64,000 bases of DNA from Eledone cirrhosa (GCA_964016885.1 OZ024751.1:14570001-14634000), one strand, 5' to 3'. Positions 13,458-26,413 are shown, numbered from the stretch's first letter. Numbers and translations: made by a program. The notes: generated from the letters alone by a model not told the origin.

Positions 13458-15813
13458 CCCCCATGAAGAATGCACCTCCCAACATAGACTGATAATTAGC
13501 GACCTCATAGTCAGGACGAGACGTACTAGACAGCAGAAGAGGACTATCCTCAGGAGAAAAATATGGAAGCTAAAGGACCCCACAGCCAGAAATAAATTTA
13601 AAAGCATATTACTTGATGCTTTCGACAGTAAAGAAGAGCAATTAGAGTCGTATAATATAGAGGAACAGTGGGAATTCCTGAAAGCAAACCTGCTGACGGC
13701 GGCAGACGAAGTCTGTGGCTGGAGCAGGCCTGTAGGTAGGAGGAGAGTAACATGGTGGTGGAACAGTAAGGTGGAGGAGTCAATTAAGGCCAAAAAGCAG
13801 GCTTGGAAAGTATGGCGGGATGGGGGAAGTAGAGAAGACTATCAAGTGGCCAGGAGGGAAGCTAGGAGACAAGTGTACTTCGCAAGAAGGGAAGCAGAGG
13901 AAAGAAAGTTCAAGCATGTTCTACAACGTGAGGACCAAAAGCGTGAGGTGTTCAGGATTGCTAGGCAATGTGTCAAGGAAAACCGTGATATTGTCGGGGA
14001 GAAGTGTGTACTTAATGATGAAGGCGTACTTGCCATCACTGACGCTGATAAGAAGGTAGCTTGGAAGAGTCACTACGAAAGGCTTCTAAATGAGGAGAAT
14101 AAATGGGAGAAAGACAGTCTCCCCCACATCGACCCAATAGAGGGACCAGCAGTGTTAGTCGAAGGTAGTATAATAAGTAAGGCAATCAAAGATATGAAGG
14201 CGGGTAAGGCGGCTGGGCCTTCGGAAATAGTTGCTGAGATGCTGAAAGCCTCTGGAACGGTGGGACACACCATGGTCTCCCGGATAGTAAACCAAGTCAT
14301 ACAGAATGGGGTTGTTCCGAAGGACTGGCGTAGCAGCATCATCATTAACTGTTACAAGGGTAAAGGAGATGCCCTAGATAGGTGTAACTATAGAGGCATT
14401 AAATTAATCGACCAGGTCATGAAGGTCACGGAAAAAGTAATAGCGCAACTAATCAGAGAGAGAATTGATCTAGATGAAATGCAGTTCGGGTTTGTGTCAG
14501 GCAAAAGTACCACAGACGCTCTTTTCATTGTACGACAACTACAGGAGAAGTACCTAGCTAAAAGTAAACCCCTATACTTAGCTTTTGTTGACTTGGAGAA
14601 AGCCTTCGACAGAGTCCCACGTTCCATTATCTGGTGGGCTCTTAGAAAACTAGGTGTTGACGAATGGCTTGTCAGAGCTATACAAGCCATGTATAAAGAA
14701 ACAGTCAGCAAGGTTAGAATTAACAACGAATATAGTGAAGAGTTTAGCGTAAAAGTTGGTGTCCATCAGGGCTCTGTTCTTAGCCCCCTCCTATTTATTA
14801 TTGCCCTTCAGGCTATAACAGAGGAGTTCAAGACCGGCTGCCCATGGGAACTCCTATACGCAGATGATCTAACGCTCATAGCTGAATCAATGGCCGCGCT
14901 AGAGAAGAAATTCCAAACATGGAAGCACGGCCTAGAATCAAAAGGCCTTAAAATTAACCTGGCTAAGACTAAAGTTCTAGTTTGTAGGAAAGAAAATAAG
15001 GCGCCGGTCCCTTCCGGGAAATGGCCATGCTCAGTGTGTAGGAAAGGCGTAGGTAGAAACTCCATTTTATGTCCCAAATGCAAAGTATGGGTGCATAAAA
15101 GATGTAGTGGGATCACAGGTAAGCTAACTAAGAACATAGATTTTACATGTGGTCGGTGGTCTGGTGCAATAAGTAGCAGCAAGTGCCCACAAAATACTAG
15201 CTCTTTCAATTGCGCAGAGGGTTCTATAGAAATAGTGGACAGCTTCCGTTACCTGGGCGACAAAATCAGCAGTGGGGGAGGGTGCTCTGAATGTACAGTA
15301 GCTAGAGTCAGAACTGGTTGGAAAAAGTTCAGAGAGCTTATACCACTATTAGCCGCTAAAGGGTTCTCCCTAAGAATGAAAGGCAGGTTGTATGATGCCT
15401 GCATACGAACAGCAATGTTGCATGGCAGTGAGACCTGGGCATTGTGTGCAGAGGATATACGCAGACTAGAGAGGAACGAAGCTTGCATGCTCCGCTGGAT
15501 GTGTAATAGTAACATACGTGAACGGCAAAGCATAAGCGAACTAAGGGAAAAATTAGAAATAAGAGGGATCAGATGTTGTTTACTCGAGAGAAGGCTACGT
15601 TGGTATGGTCACGTGATGCGCATGAAAGCCGACAGCTGTATAACAAAGTGCAGGGCAATAAAGATAGACGGTAGCTACGGAGTAGGCAGACCCAGAAAAA
15701 CCTGGGACGAGCTGATAAATTCTGACCTCACACACTTACACCTCTCCAAGACAATGTCACTGGACCGAGACCTTTGGCGGTACTCAGTAATAGAGAAGAC
15801 CCGCCTTACCTAA
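13453..15813 (+). CDS. RTE LINE pol ORF (partial APE, reverse transcriptase, PHD-like finger), no native start codon
   Basis: RT motifs [47 protein letters not shown]; C-terminal [11 protein letters not shown]...GRPRKTW; frame stays open upstream of the GTG at 13771. Confidence 0.9.
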
Positions 15814-16170
15814 ATACAAAGTAAAACCTACTACAGCCAGTAGGCATCTCTAACAAAATATCCCCCCCCCCATCCACACCACCCCTTCAATGTAAAGTTA
15901 CGTTGGTGCCACAACATCCAGGCCGAAACAAATGAGATCGTGTAGACACAGTCCACGCTGTAATGTGGCCGTGTAGGCAAAACGGTAAAAACCTCCCAGC
16001 CCCACACTGTAAATGTGGTTGGTGTTAGGAAGGGCATCCAGCTGTAGAAAACCCGCCAGACAGTCCTATGCGAGCAAGACAATCACTCTTGCCTCAAGTG
16101 GGAAAACCCCAGTCCAAACCCATGCAAGCGTGGAACACGGACGTTAAACGTTGATGATGATGATGATGAT
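13453..16170 (+). mobile_element. RTE-clade LINE, 5'-truncated within the APE endonuclease
   Basis: Open frame from ~13453 ([16 protein letters not shown]-terminal motif; RRVTWWWN) through RT to stop at 15813; ~340-nt 3'UTR; (GAT)n tail; flanked by (TA)n. Confidence 0.95.
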
Positions 16171-16309
16171 ATATCATGATGATGATATATATAACTATGG
16201 AGATTAAAATCCGAAGAGGGGCTTACTCTCTCTCTCTCTCTATATATATATAGTCATCATCATATATGTATGTGTATATATAAATATATATATATATATA
16301 TACAGAGAT

Positions 16310-18810
16310 TGAGAGAGACAGACAGACAGACATGTTGCCAGTAGAGCCAGAGACAGACAGACATGTTGCCAGTAGAGCTAGAGAGAGACAGACATGTTGC
16401 CAGTAGAGCTAGAGACAGACAGACATGTTGCCAGTAGAGCTAGAGACAGACAGACATGTTGCCAGTAGAGCTAGAGAGAGACAGACAGACATGTTGCCAG
16501 TAGAGCTAGAGAGAGACAGACATGTTGCCAGTAGAGCTAGAGAGAGACAGACATGTTGCCAGTAGAGCTAGAGAGAGACAGACATGTTGCCAGTAGAGCT
16601 AGAGAGAGACAGACATGTTGCCAGTAGAGCTAGAGAGAGACAGACATGTTGCCAGTAGAGCTAGAGAGAGACAGACATGTTGCCAGTAGAGCTAGAGAGA
16701 GACAGACATGTTGCCAGTAGAGCTAGAGAGAGACAGACAGACATGTTGCCAGTAGAGCTAGACAGACAGACAGACATGTTGCCAGTAGAGCTAGAGACAG
16801 ACAGACAGACAGACATGTTGCCAGTAGAGCTAGAGAGAGACAGACAGACATGTTGTCAGTAGAACTAGAGAGACAGACATGTTGCCAGTAGAGCTAGAGA
16901 GAGACAGACATGTTGCCAGTAGAACTAGAGAGAGACAGACAGACATGTTGCCAGTAGAGCTAGAGACAGACAGACAGACATGTTGCCAGTAGAGCTAGAC
17001 AGACAGACAGACATGTTGCCAGTAGAGCTAGAGACAGACAGACAGACATGTTGCCAGTAGAGCTAGACAGACAGACATCTTGCCAGTAGAGCTAGAGAGA
17101 CAGACGGACATGTTGCCAGTAGAGCTAGAGACAGACAGACATGTTGCCAGTAGAGCTAGAGACAGACAGACAGACAGACATGTTGCCAGTAGAGCTAGAG
17201 ACAGACAGACAGACAGACATGTTGCCAGTAGAGCTAGAGACAGACAGACAGATATGTTGCCAGTAGAGCTAGAGAGAGACAGACAGACAGACATGTTGCC
17301 AGTAGAGCTAGAGAGAGACAGACAGACATGTTGCCAGTAGAGCTAGAGACAGACAGACAGACATGTTGCCAGTAGAGCTAGAGACAGACAGACAGACAGA
17401 CATGTTGCCAGTAGAGCTAGAGAGAGACAGACAGACATGTTGCCAGTAGAACTAGAGAGACAGACATGTTGCCAGTAGAGCTAGAGAAACAGAGACATGT
17501 TGCCAGTAGAGCTAGAGAAACAGAGACATGTTGCCAGTAGAGCTAGAGAAACAGAGACATGTTGCCAGTAGAGCTAGAGAGAGACAGAGATGTTGCCAGT
17601 AGAGCTAGAGAGAGAGACAGACAGACAGACATATTGCCAGTAGAGCTAGAGACAGACAGACAGACATGTTGCCAGTAGAGCTAGAGACAGACAGACAGAC
17701 ATGTTGCCAGTAGAACTAGAGACAGACAGACAGACATGTTGCCAGTAGAGCTAGAGACAGACAGACAGACATGTTGCCAGTAGAACTAGAGAGAGACAGA
17801 CAGACAGACATGTTGCCAGTAGAACTAGAGAGAGACAGACAGACAGACATGTTGCCAGTAGAGCTAGAGACAGACAGACAGACATGTTGCCAGTAGAGCT
17901 AGAGACAGACAGACAGACATGTTTCCAGTAGAACTAGAGAGACAGACAGACAGACATGTTTCCAGTAGAACTAGAGAGACAGACAGACAGACAGACATGT
18001 TGCCAGTAGAGCTAGAGACAGACAGACATGTTGCCAGTAGAGCTAGAGACAGACAGACATGTTGCCAGTAGAGCTAGAGACAGACAGACAGACATGTTTC
18101 CAGTAGAACTAGAGAGACAGACAGACAGACATGTTTCCAGTAGAGCTAGACAGACAGACAGACATGTTGCCAGTAGAGCTAGACAGACAGACAGACATGT
18201 TGCCAGTAGAGCTAGAGAGAGACAGACAGACATGTTGCCAGTAGAGCTAGAGAGAGACAGACAGACATGTTGCCAGTAGAGCTAGAGACAGACAGACAGA
18301 CATGTTGCCAGTAGAACTAGAGAGAGACAGACAGACATGTTGCCAGTAGAGCTAGAGAGAGACAGACAGACATGTTGCCAGTAGAGCTAGACAGGCAGAC
18401 AGACATCTTGCCAGTAGAACTAGAGACAGACAGACAGACATGTTGCCAGTAGAGCTAGAGAGAGACAGACAGACATGCTGCCAGTAGAGCTAGAGAGACA
18501 GACAGACATGTTGCCAGTAGAGCTAGAGACAGACAGACAGACATGTTGCCAGTAGAACTAGAGAGACAGACAGACAGACATGTTGCCAGTAGAACTAGAG
18601 AGACAGACAGACAGACATGTTTCCAGTAGAACTAGAGAGAGACAGACAGACATGTTGCCAGTAGAGCTAGAGACAGACAGACAGACATGTTGCCAGTAGA
18701 GCTAGAGAGAGAGACAGACATGTTGCCAGTAGAGCTAGAGAGACAGACAGACATGTTGCCAGTAGAGCTAGAGAGACAGACAGACAGACATGTTGCCAGT
18801 AGAGCTAGAG
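16310..18810. repeat. ~2.5 kb minisatellite: acatgttgccagtagagct plus variable (AG)n/(ACAG)n spacer
   Basis: Tandem array with a constant core and microsatellite-variable spacer. Confidence 0.95.
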
Positions 18811-18959
18811 GAAACTCAACTACACATTACTGCACTATCATTCATCGGTGATAATGTGTTGTCAGACAGCAAGCCTCTGGTGGTTCCACCAACACAACCA
18901 TCCACACCACCACCATACCACTGGTGATGGTGGTAGCAGTTGTAAAGGTGCTGATGTAC

Positions 18960-19640
18960 TTGTTATGGTGGTGGTGATGGTGGTGTTGGTGGTGTTGGTG
19001 GTGTTGGTGGTGATGGTGGTGTTGGTGGTGATGGTGGTGTTGGTGGTGTTGGTGGTGATGGTGGTGTTGGTGGTGATGGTGGTGTTGGTGGTGATGGTGG
19101 TGTTGGTGGTGATGGTGGTGTTGGTGGTGATGGTAGTGTTGGTGTTATTGGTGTTGGTGTTATGGTGGTAGTGGTAGTGTTGGTGGTGGTGGTGGTAGTG
19201 TTGGTGGTAGTAGTGTTGGTGGTGATGGTAGTGGTAGTGTTGGTGTTATTGGTGGTGGTGGTGTTATGGTGTTGGTGGTAGTGTTGGTGTTATGGTGGTG
19301 GTGATGGTAGTGTTGGTGGTGGTGTTATGGTGTTGGTGGTGGTAGTGTTGGTGTTATGGTGTTGGTGATGGTAGTGGTAGTGTTGGTGTTATTGGTGTTG
19401 ATGTTATGATGTTATGATGTTGGTGGTGGTGGTAGTGTTGGTGTTATGGTGTTGGTGGTGGTGATAGTGTTGGTGTTATTGGTGGTGGTGGTAGTGTTGG
19501 TGTTATTGGTGGTGGTGGTAGTGTTGGTGTTATGGTGTTGGTGGTGGTGGTAGTGGTAGTGTTGGTGGTGGTGGTAGTGTTGGTGTTATTGGTGGTGATG
19601 GCAGTGGTAGTGGTGGTAGTGTTGGTAGTAGTGGTGGTGG
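18960..19640. repeat. (GGT)n-derived degenerate simple repeat
   Basis: Direct reading. Confidence 0.9.
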
Positions 19641-20134
19641 TACTGATGTCATTGCAGTGGTGGTGATGTCAATTACAGCTCTGATCTGTTTGTTAGTGGT
19701 TTCTATCTTTCTCCAAGCAACACAGAAAACCAGGACAACATTGTTATTATTATTACTGTTATCATTATTATTATTATTATTACTGATAAAATAAAGTACC
19801 AGTAATACACTGGTTAATTGCTGGCCTTGTGCCAAAAGTAGAAACAATTACTATTATTATTATTGATCAATTATTTCACACACAGTTCAACACATGCCGC
19901 AGTGTGTGGAAAAAGACATAAAATAGAGATGATTATGGTGATGATGATGGAACAAGCTTGCTGATGACGATGATGCTGATGCTGATTAATATGATGATTA
20001 TAGAACAAGCTTTTTTCGCCAGACTTTCTTTTATATTTGGCTCTCTTCATCATTATCAACACACTCACACAACTACCAGTAGTGTGTGTGTGTGTGTATA
20101 TATATATCATAATCTATAATATATACATACACAT

Positions 20135-20252
<118 letters not shown>

Positions 20253-20596
20253 GGAGGCACATGGCTTAGTGGTTAGAGCATTGGCCTTGCAATCGAAAGA
20301 TTGTGAGTTCAATTCTCAGACCGGGTGATGTGTTGTTTCCTTGAGCAAGACACTTTATTTCACATTGCTCCAGTTTACTCAGCTGTAGAAATGAGATGAT
20401 AGGGACTGGGGGTCCCTATCATTCCACTGCAAAGTGGTCGTGGAGGTGCCACAGCAAAAAAAGCACCCAGCACTCACTGTAAATGAAGTTGGTGTTAGGA
20501 AGGGCATCCAGCTGTAGAAATCAAGCCAGAATCAGTTCTCGTCCCACCCTTCCAAGCAGGAAAAAGCGGACGTAAAGTGATGATGATGATGATGAT
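20253..20596 (+). mobile_element. Full-length tRNA-derived SINE family A
   Basis: Pol III A box tggcttagtgg, B box gagttcaattc; core ccttgagcaagacacttt; RTE-like 3' tail ending (GAT)n; inside (TA)n. Confidence 0.92.
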
Positions 20597-20615
20597 ATAT
20601 ATATATATACACAAT

Positions 20616-20752
20616 ATATTTATTAAAATAACAGATTAAAGTTTAAGCAAAGAATAGCTGCTTTCACCCTTAACGGGATCTTCTGAAGGCCCCGTTAAGG
20701 GTGAAAGTAGCGATTCTTTGCTTAAACTTTAATCTGTTATTTTAATAAATAT
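20616..20752. repeat. ~137-bp near-perfect palindrome centred on a degenerate hammerhead core
   Basis: Arms ~68 bp, centre at ~20684; plus strand reads CTGAAGG-cccc gttaa gggt-GAAA. Confidence 0.75.
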
Positions 20753-20886
20753 TTGCTCTACGGTTCTTATATATTTGATATATATTTATCCTTATCGAGC
20801 CCTCTTTGGATTTTAGTATTCAAATTTATTATTATTACTATACACAATATATTAATAAATGGAAACTATATTTATAAAACCATATT

Positions 20887-20952
20887 TATTTTATTATATA
20901 TATATCAAGGGCAACCAAGGCAAATTATGGTACACTTTCATCAGATAAAATA
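20887..20952 (-). ncRNA. Type I minimal hammerhead motif with core mutation GAAA->GAUA
   Basis: rc: tattttat CTGATGA aagtgtacca..tggttgccctt GATA tatata TA ataaaata; same family as 56865 and 59842. Confidence 0.6.
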
Positions 20953-21164
20953 CAGATTTGTTTTATAAATAAATATTGACATACCCGGAAAAAAAAACAA
21001 CCTTAACGGTTGGAGCTTCCTGGATAGTTTCCATTTATTAATATATTGTGTATTTACTCCACTATTCTGTTGAATGCTTTATATCAGTTATAAAAATGTT
21101 TAAGCTTGTTGAATCCCAACAAATTAAATATAACCTCTGCATATATACATATATATATATATAT

Positions 21165-21385
21165 GGTGAAGACGTGTGGCTGAGTGGTTAGAGAACTGTA
21201 TTCGCAATCGTGAGGTTGTGAGTTCGATTCCTGGACCGGGCGATGCGTTATGTCCTTGAGCAAGACACTTTATTTCACGTTGCTCCTTCTACCTGGAGTT
21301 GCGACCGATAGATAGTATTAGCAATTGGAAAGACCAATGGAAACACTGTTTCCTCGGTCCGATTTGACGAAAGTCGATCGTTAGG
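21165..21385 (+). mobile_element. tRNA-derived SINE family E
   Basis: A box tggctgagtgg, B box gagttcgattcc, shared core, distinct tail; copies at ~24110-24315 (-) and ~47065-47410. Confidence 0.8.
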
Positions 21386-21405
21386 AATATATATATATAC
21401 GCATA

Positions 21406-21504
21406 CAGGGTGTCCCCAAAAATGTATACACATTTCAACAGTATTCTAGTAAATATTGCCTGTACAGGTAATCAAAGTGTGTATACATTTTTTGAGACAC
21501 CCTG
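21406..21504. mobile_element. Tc1/mariner-type MITE (~99 bp)
   Basis: TIRs cagggtgtccccaaaaatgtatacac / gtgtatacattttttgagacaccctg; preceded by TA; remnant at ~12718. Confidence 0.7.
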
Positions 21505-22020
21505 TGTATATATATATATATATATATATGATTGCCATATGTATCCCTGCTTCTGTAGCTCGTTTAGAATGCACAACAGAATCTGATATAAAAACCTACT
21601 CAAAAACAGTAACTCTCATCATTTGATCTCGTTGGAATTATTAGTTCAGGACAACATGGAGTTCTAACAATGTTATTGGCTCTACCATAAACAGATAGAT
21701 ACCAGTAATGTAAGCCACCTTCTATTTTAGCTGCTACTACCACCAAACCATCAAGGAAGAGAGAGAGAAAGAGATAAACGAAAATGTGAATTTTTATATA
21801 TATGTCAACTATGTTCTCTAATATCGTCTTCTAATTAATATACACCTTCATTTTATTATATACTTTTTATCATATTTCCTGTTGCATGAAGAAGCCAAAA
21901 TAATTATCAGCTGTAAGCGGTATGATAAATTGCTTTAAAAAAATATTTTGCTGTTATTCTATGAGAAAATCCTATTAGCATTTTCTACTTTTTTTTTTTA
22001 TTTTCCTTATATATATATAT

Positions 22021-22292
22021 CATCATTTCTACAGCTGGATGCCCTTCCTAACACCAACCTCATTTACAGTGTGGGCTGGGTGCTTTTTTGCCGTGGCACC
22101 TCCACGATCCCCTTTGCAGTGGAATGATAGGGACCCCAGTCCCTATCATCTCATTTCTACAGCTGAGTAAACTGGAGCAATGTGAAATAAAGTGTCTTGC
22201 TCGAGGAAACAACACATCACCCGGTCCGAGAATTGGACTCACAACCTTTCGATTGCAAACCCAATGCTCTAACCATTAAGCCATGCGCCTTC
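22021..22292 (-). mobile_element. SINE family A with internally shortened tail
   Basis: Matches the family consensus; flanked by (TA)n. Confidence 0.85.
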
Positions 22293-22614
22293 ATATATAT
22301 ATAAAAAATTTAATGTACATTTTCTCTGCTAGCGACATGTCATAATAGATTGGCCAGTATTCAGGTGGAGCCTCTGACCTCCCGGTGAGCCAGGGTGCTC
22401 TATATACAATCCCACACTTGACCATGTACATTTTATTGTGGAACCAATACCAGGGAAGTTGTCATCTCCTTGATATAACTGAAGAGTCTTCTTCACCCTT
22501 TGTTTCTGTGACTGGATGCCCTTCCTATTACCAACCTATTTACAAACTGTTCTGGGGTGTTTATCAGGTAAACCATCAGCATTAAAGAGGTTGTCATGCC
22601 CCTGGAACAATTAA

Positions 22615-22824
22615 CCCTTTAATGTTCAAACTGGTCAGAATTCTCTACCTCTTTCTGTTGAAACTGACTGTAACTGGCCACTCATACTGATATTAAGGTA
22701 TTGTTCTCAAAATAAATACTTTCAAAATCTCATAGATTCGATATTATGTGAGATAATTATGCAAGATAAAACCTTTACCATGAAAATATAATAGTATATA
22801 TAGAGTAATGTGAATGCTAAAGGG
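22615..22824. mobile_element. piggyBac-type MITE
   Basis: TTAA|CCCTTT...AAAGGG|TTAA. Confidence 0.8.
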
Positions 22825-23517
22825 TTAAAGTGTCTTCTCAATCCTTTTTGGCATGGTTACTACAATGGGAAGCCCTTCCTATTGCCAACCACCTTATGGG
22901 GTGTACTGGGTGCATTTATCAAGGCACTGGCACTAGAGAGGTTGTTGTCATTGAGTCAAATGAGTTCTCTCTACTGTACAGGGATTTGACAGGGTAGAAG
23001 GGGAGACCTTCAACAATGTGGAAGGTGTTTTGTGATAACAGGTAGGAGGTATGGGTGAAATTAGAGTAGAATAGTAGGATGGGTGGGTGGCAACCCGGGA
23101 TAGAGTGATGTGTGCATGGAGAGGTGTTAGAATTTAGGAGGGGTGGAGAGGATCCTGGATAGAATGGAGGTAAGGGTGTACAATGATACTGAAAATAGCT
23201 ACTACATGCGGCAGGGTTTGAAGATTGTGAGTGGAGGGGCTCATGAATGGATGGGGATGCAGTGATGGCTCATGAATGGATGGGGCAATATGTAGATAGG
23301 TCAAGTCATCATCATCATCATTTAATGTCCATTTTCCCCATAGTAATAGTAATAATAACACAAGGACGATTTGTTATGCCTTCATTACGTTTATTGACTG
23401 GTGACACACATTTCGCTATTGATCAGCTCAAGGTTAGATCTGCATCGATCTGGCCCAACTCTGGAATCAAAAGCTCATTGGACCTCTGTTGTTGTAATGA
23501 CAGAACACACACACACA

Positions 23518-23631
<114 letters not shown>

Positions 23632-23836
23632 CGTGCATGCGTGCGTAGGCGCCACGGAAAAAAGCACCCATCACTCACTGTAAATGAGGTTGGTGTTAAG
23701 AAGGGCATCCAGCTGTAGAAATCAAGCCAGAATCAGTTCTCGTGTGAGCAAGGCCGGGCACTGCCCACAAGACAACCCGTCTAACCCATGCTAGCGTGGA
23801 AGAACAGATGTAAAACAGTGATGCTGATGATGATGA

Positions 23837-23909
<73 letters not shown>

Positions 23910-24322
23910 TCCGGAGTTGTGTCAGGGTGTAATAAGTACCTTTTTTTGTGGCACCGTACATATGTAGAAATATGTAATACTCTGTACTTTCGTATTGAGA
24001 CCTCTTTCACATGTTTGTAAAGCCAAACATATATATATATATCATCATCATCATCATCATTTTACGTCCGCTTTTCCCTGCTTGCAAGGGTGGGACGGGT
24101 CTTATTTATTTTTAACGATCGGACCGAGGAAACAATGTTTCCATTGGTCTTTCCAATTGCTAATACTATCTATCGGTCGCAACTCCAGGTAGAAGGAGCA
24201 ATGTGAAATAAAGTGTCTTGCTCAAGGACATAACGCATCGCCCGGTCATGGAATCGAACTCACAACCTCAAGATTGTGAATCCGATTCTCTAACCACTAG
24301 CCACATGCCTTCACTTATATAT

Positions 24323-24508
24323 ATAGGAACGAGTAGGACCCCGATGAGCTCAAGCCGTTTCGACGGCTAATTCTGGACTAAATTCCAGAATTAGCCGTCG
24401 AAACGGATTGAGCTCAGCCGTCGGGGTCCTACTCGTTCCTATTACCCACTCTACTACCGTAAGTATTGAGTACTTTGGTGCGTTATGGTCCATCTGGTTC
24501 CTTACCAC

Positions 24509-24510
<2 letters not shown>
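24323..24510. mobile_element. TA-embedded fold-back element carrying the 3' half of a hammerhead
   Basis: Palindrome 24323-24442 plus a unique tail; same family at 35944-36133 and 56779-56845. Confidence 0.7.
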
Positions 24511-24544
<34 letters not shown>

Positions 24545-25026
24545 CATACACAATGTAGTGTAATACAAGAAAACAATGTAGTAGAGGTAGCAGTACACCC
24601 GTAGTAGAGGTAGTAGTATGGTGTAGTTCAGTTTAAATTATATACAGTAATTCTGACTGCCGAATTTAATTAGAGCAAAATTAAAACCTGTCAGAATAAA
24701 AATATTTTTCCAGTGGATTAAATAATCAATTTGTAAAAACACTGACAGTTTCACTGTCATAGCAACCAATAATAATAATGGTTTCTACTATAGACACAAG
24801 GCCAGCAAAATTTTTTTTTGGGGGGGGAGGGGGTCGATTAAATTGACCTCAGTGCATTACTGGTACTTCATTTTATCGACCTAGTAAGAATGAAAGGCAA
24901 AGCTAACCTCGGTGGGATTTAAACTCAGAACGTAAAGGACCGTAACTCTATGCAGTGAAGCAAGGTGTCTGACGCTCTCCCGATTCTGGCAATCTACCAC
25001 CCTCATAATGATGATGATGATGATGA

Positions 25027-25300
25027 AAATGAGAATCAGACATGTAGAAGTAGCACCGATTGTGGTTGGCACACTGAGAATAGTTTGTAAATGGTTTGAT
25101 TCATGGCTTGAGAAGCTAGGAACTGCCATCAGGACGGGATTGTTGCAGAAAACAAGCCTTGCTAGGAACAGCAAGGATTCTAAGAAGGGTGTTAGAAAGT
25201 TGAAGGAAAAGGAATGACCCAAAAGACCTTTGGCCATTGGCTATGGCCGCTCCTTTAATAGTGTCGGTATAACATATACCTGAGTATTATGAATGGTAAT
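25027..25300 (+). mobile_element. 3' end of an RLE-type (R4/Dong-like) non-LTR retrotransposon, frameshifted
   Basis: VEVAPIVVGTLRIV...WLEKLG...LLQKTS then LLGTARILRRVL in a shifted frame, the typical C-terminal motif. Confidence 0.6.
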
Positions 25301-26413
25301 AATTTCTACTATAGGCACAGGGCCGGCAGTTTTTGGGGGGATTTGAACACATTTGAACACAATAATAATATTTTTTTTATATAAACAGACTCACTGATTT
25401 GGGGTAGGTCGAAAGGATAGCCAATTAAATGAACCCTAGTACTTGAATGGTACTTTGTATTATTGATCCCAGAATAATGTTGGGCACCTGAGATATAGAG
25501 GTAGGTAGCTGGCACCATTACACTCTTCCAATATGTTTACAAAGACACACATTCACCAGGACATGTTAGTGAACATGCAACTCAACACCTGGAGAGGAAA
25601 GTCCATGTCAGCCAGGAGCAATTTCTGTTGTTGGATTGAGGGGACAGATGAAGGTGGACAAGGTCTAACTTTGACCAGAGCTCCAGGTGAATAAGTGAGA
25701 AGACATTGTCAGTAAGGTGGTTTGTCTCAGAGTTAAGAGAAAGCCGTTCCTTAAGTTGAAGTGGCTAACACCTACCTACATGGCCACAATGGTATACTAC
25801 CATCCCCTAGCCATTGTACCTTGTCTACTGGACAACAAGATATGTGGATGGGACACATTCTGCTGGTTAGGAAATCTTAATGTCTGACCGTTGTACCTTG
25901 TCTTAAGGAACATCTGTGGACAGGACAAATTCTACTAGTCAGAAAATCTTAAAACTTGACCATTGTGACATGTCTCAAGGAACATATGTGGACAGGACAC
26001 ATTCTGTCAGTCAGAAAATCTATCTGCTCTCAATACCCACTCTGTGGTGGTCCCAGGATGGCATTGGTGAATCTTACACTGAGAGACTGACAGACAGACT
26101 TGGAGGGTTAAAGTTCATCATATCAACTCCAGCAGGATTTGAAATGAAAACTTAAAGAGAAGCAACTAAATACAACAGTAGGTCACTTTGTCTGATGCTC
26201 TACTGATTTTATCTATCAAGTTACCACTCTGAAATAACTAAGTTTATCTTTGTAGCTCACTAAGAGTACATCATGATACTATCACTACCTATCTCTTAAC
26301 TCCACCCAATCACCCACTCACAGTATGTTGTTTCATCTATTACATACATCTTCCAATAGTGGCCTCATGGTTAGGGTGTTTGGCTAATGATCATAAGATG
26401 ATGAGTTCAATAT

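Noticed and set aside
13398-15533. Minus-strand ORFs overlapping the LINE
   Set aside because: Antisense shadows of the RTE ORF with no independent motifs
16310-18810. Constant repeat with variable spacers, superficially CRISPR-like
   Set aside because: Spacers are only (AG)/(ACAG) microsatellite length variants; eukaryotic context, no cas genes
20253-20325. tRNA-like sequences with A and B boxes
   Set aside because: SINE heads continuing into core and tail; not standalone tRNA genes
21870-21960. catgaagaagc...gctttaaa with an internal hairpin, possible decayed hammerhead
   Set aside because: Both core segments deviate (CAUGAAGA, UAAA) and there is no convincing stem I
22088-22279. Recurrent ORF ...PLCSGMIGTPVPIISFLQLSKLEQCEIKCLAQG... 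in many places
   Set aside because: Antisense translation of SINE A, not a gene family
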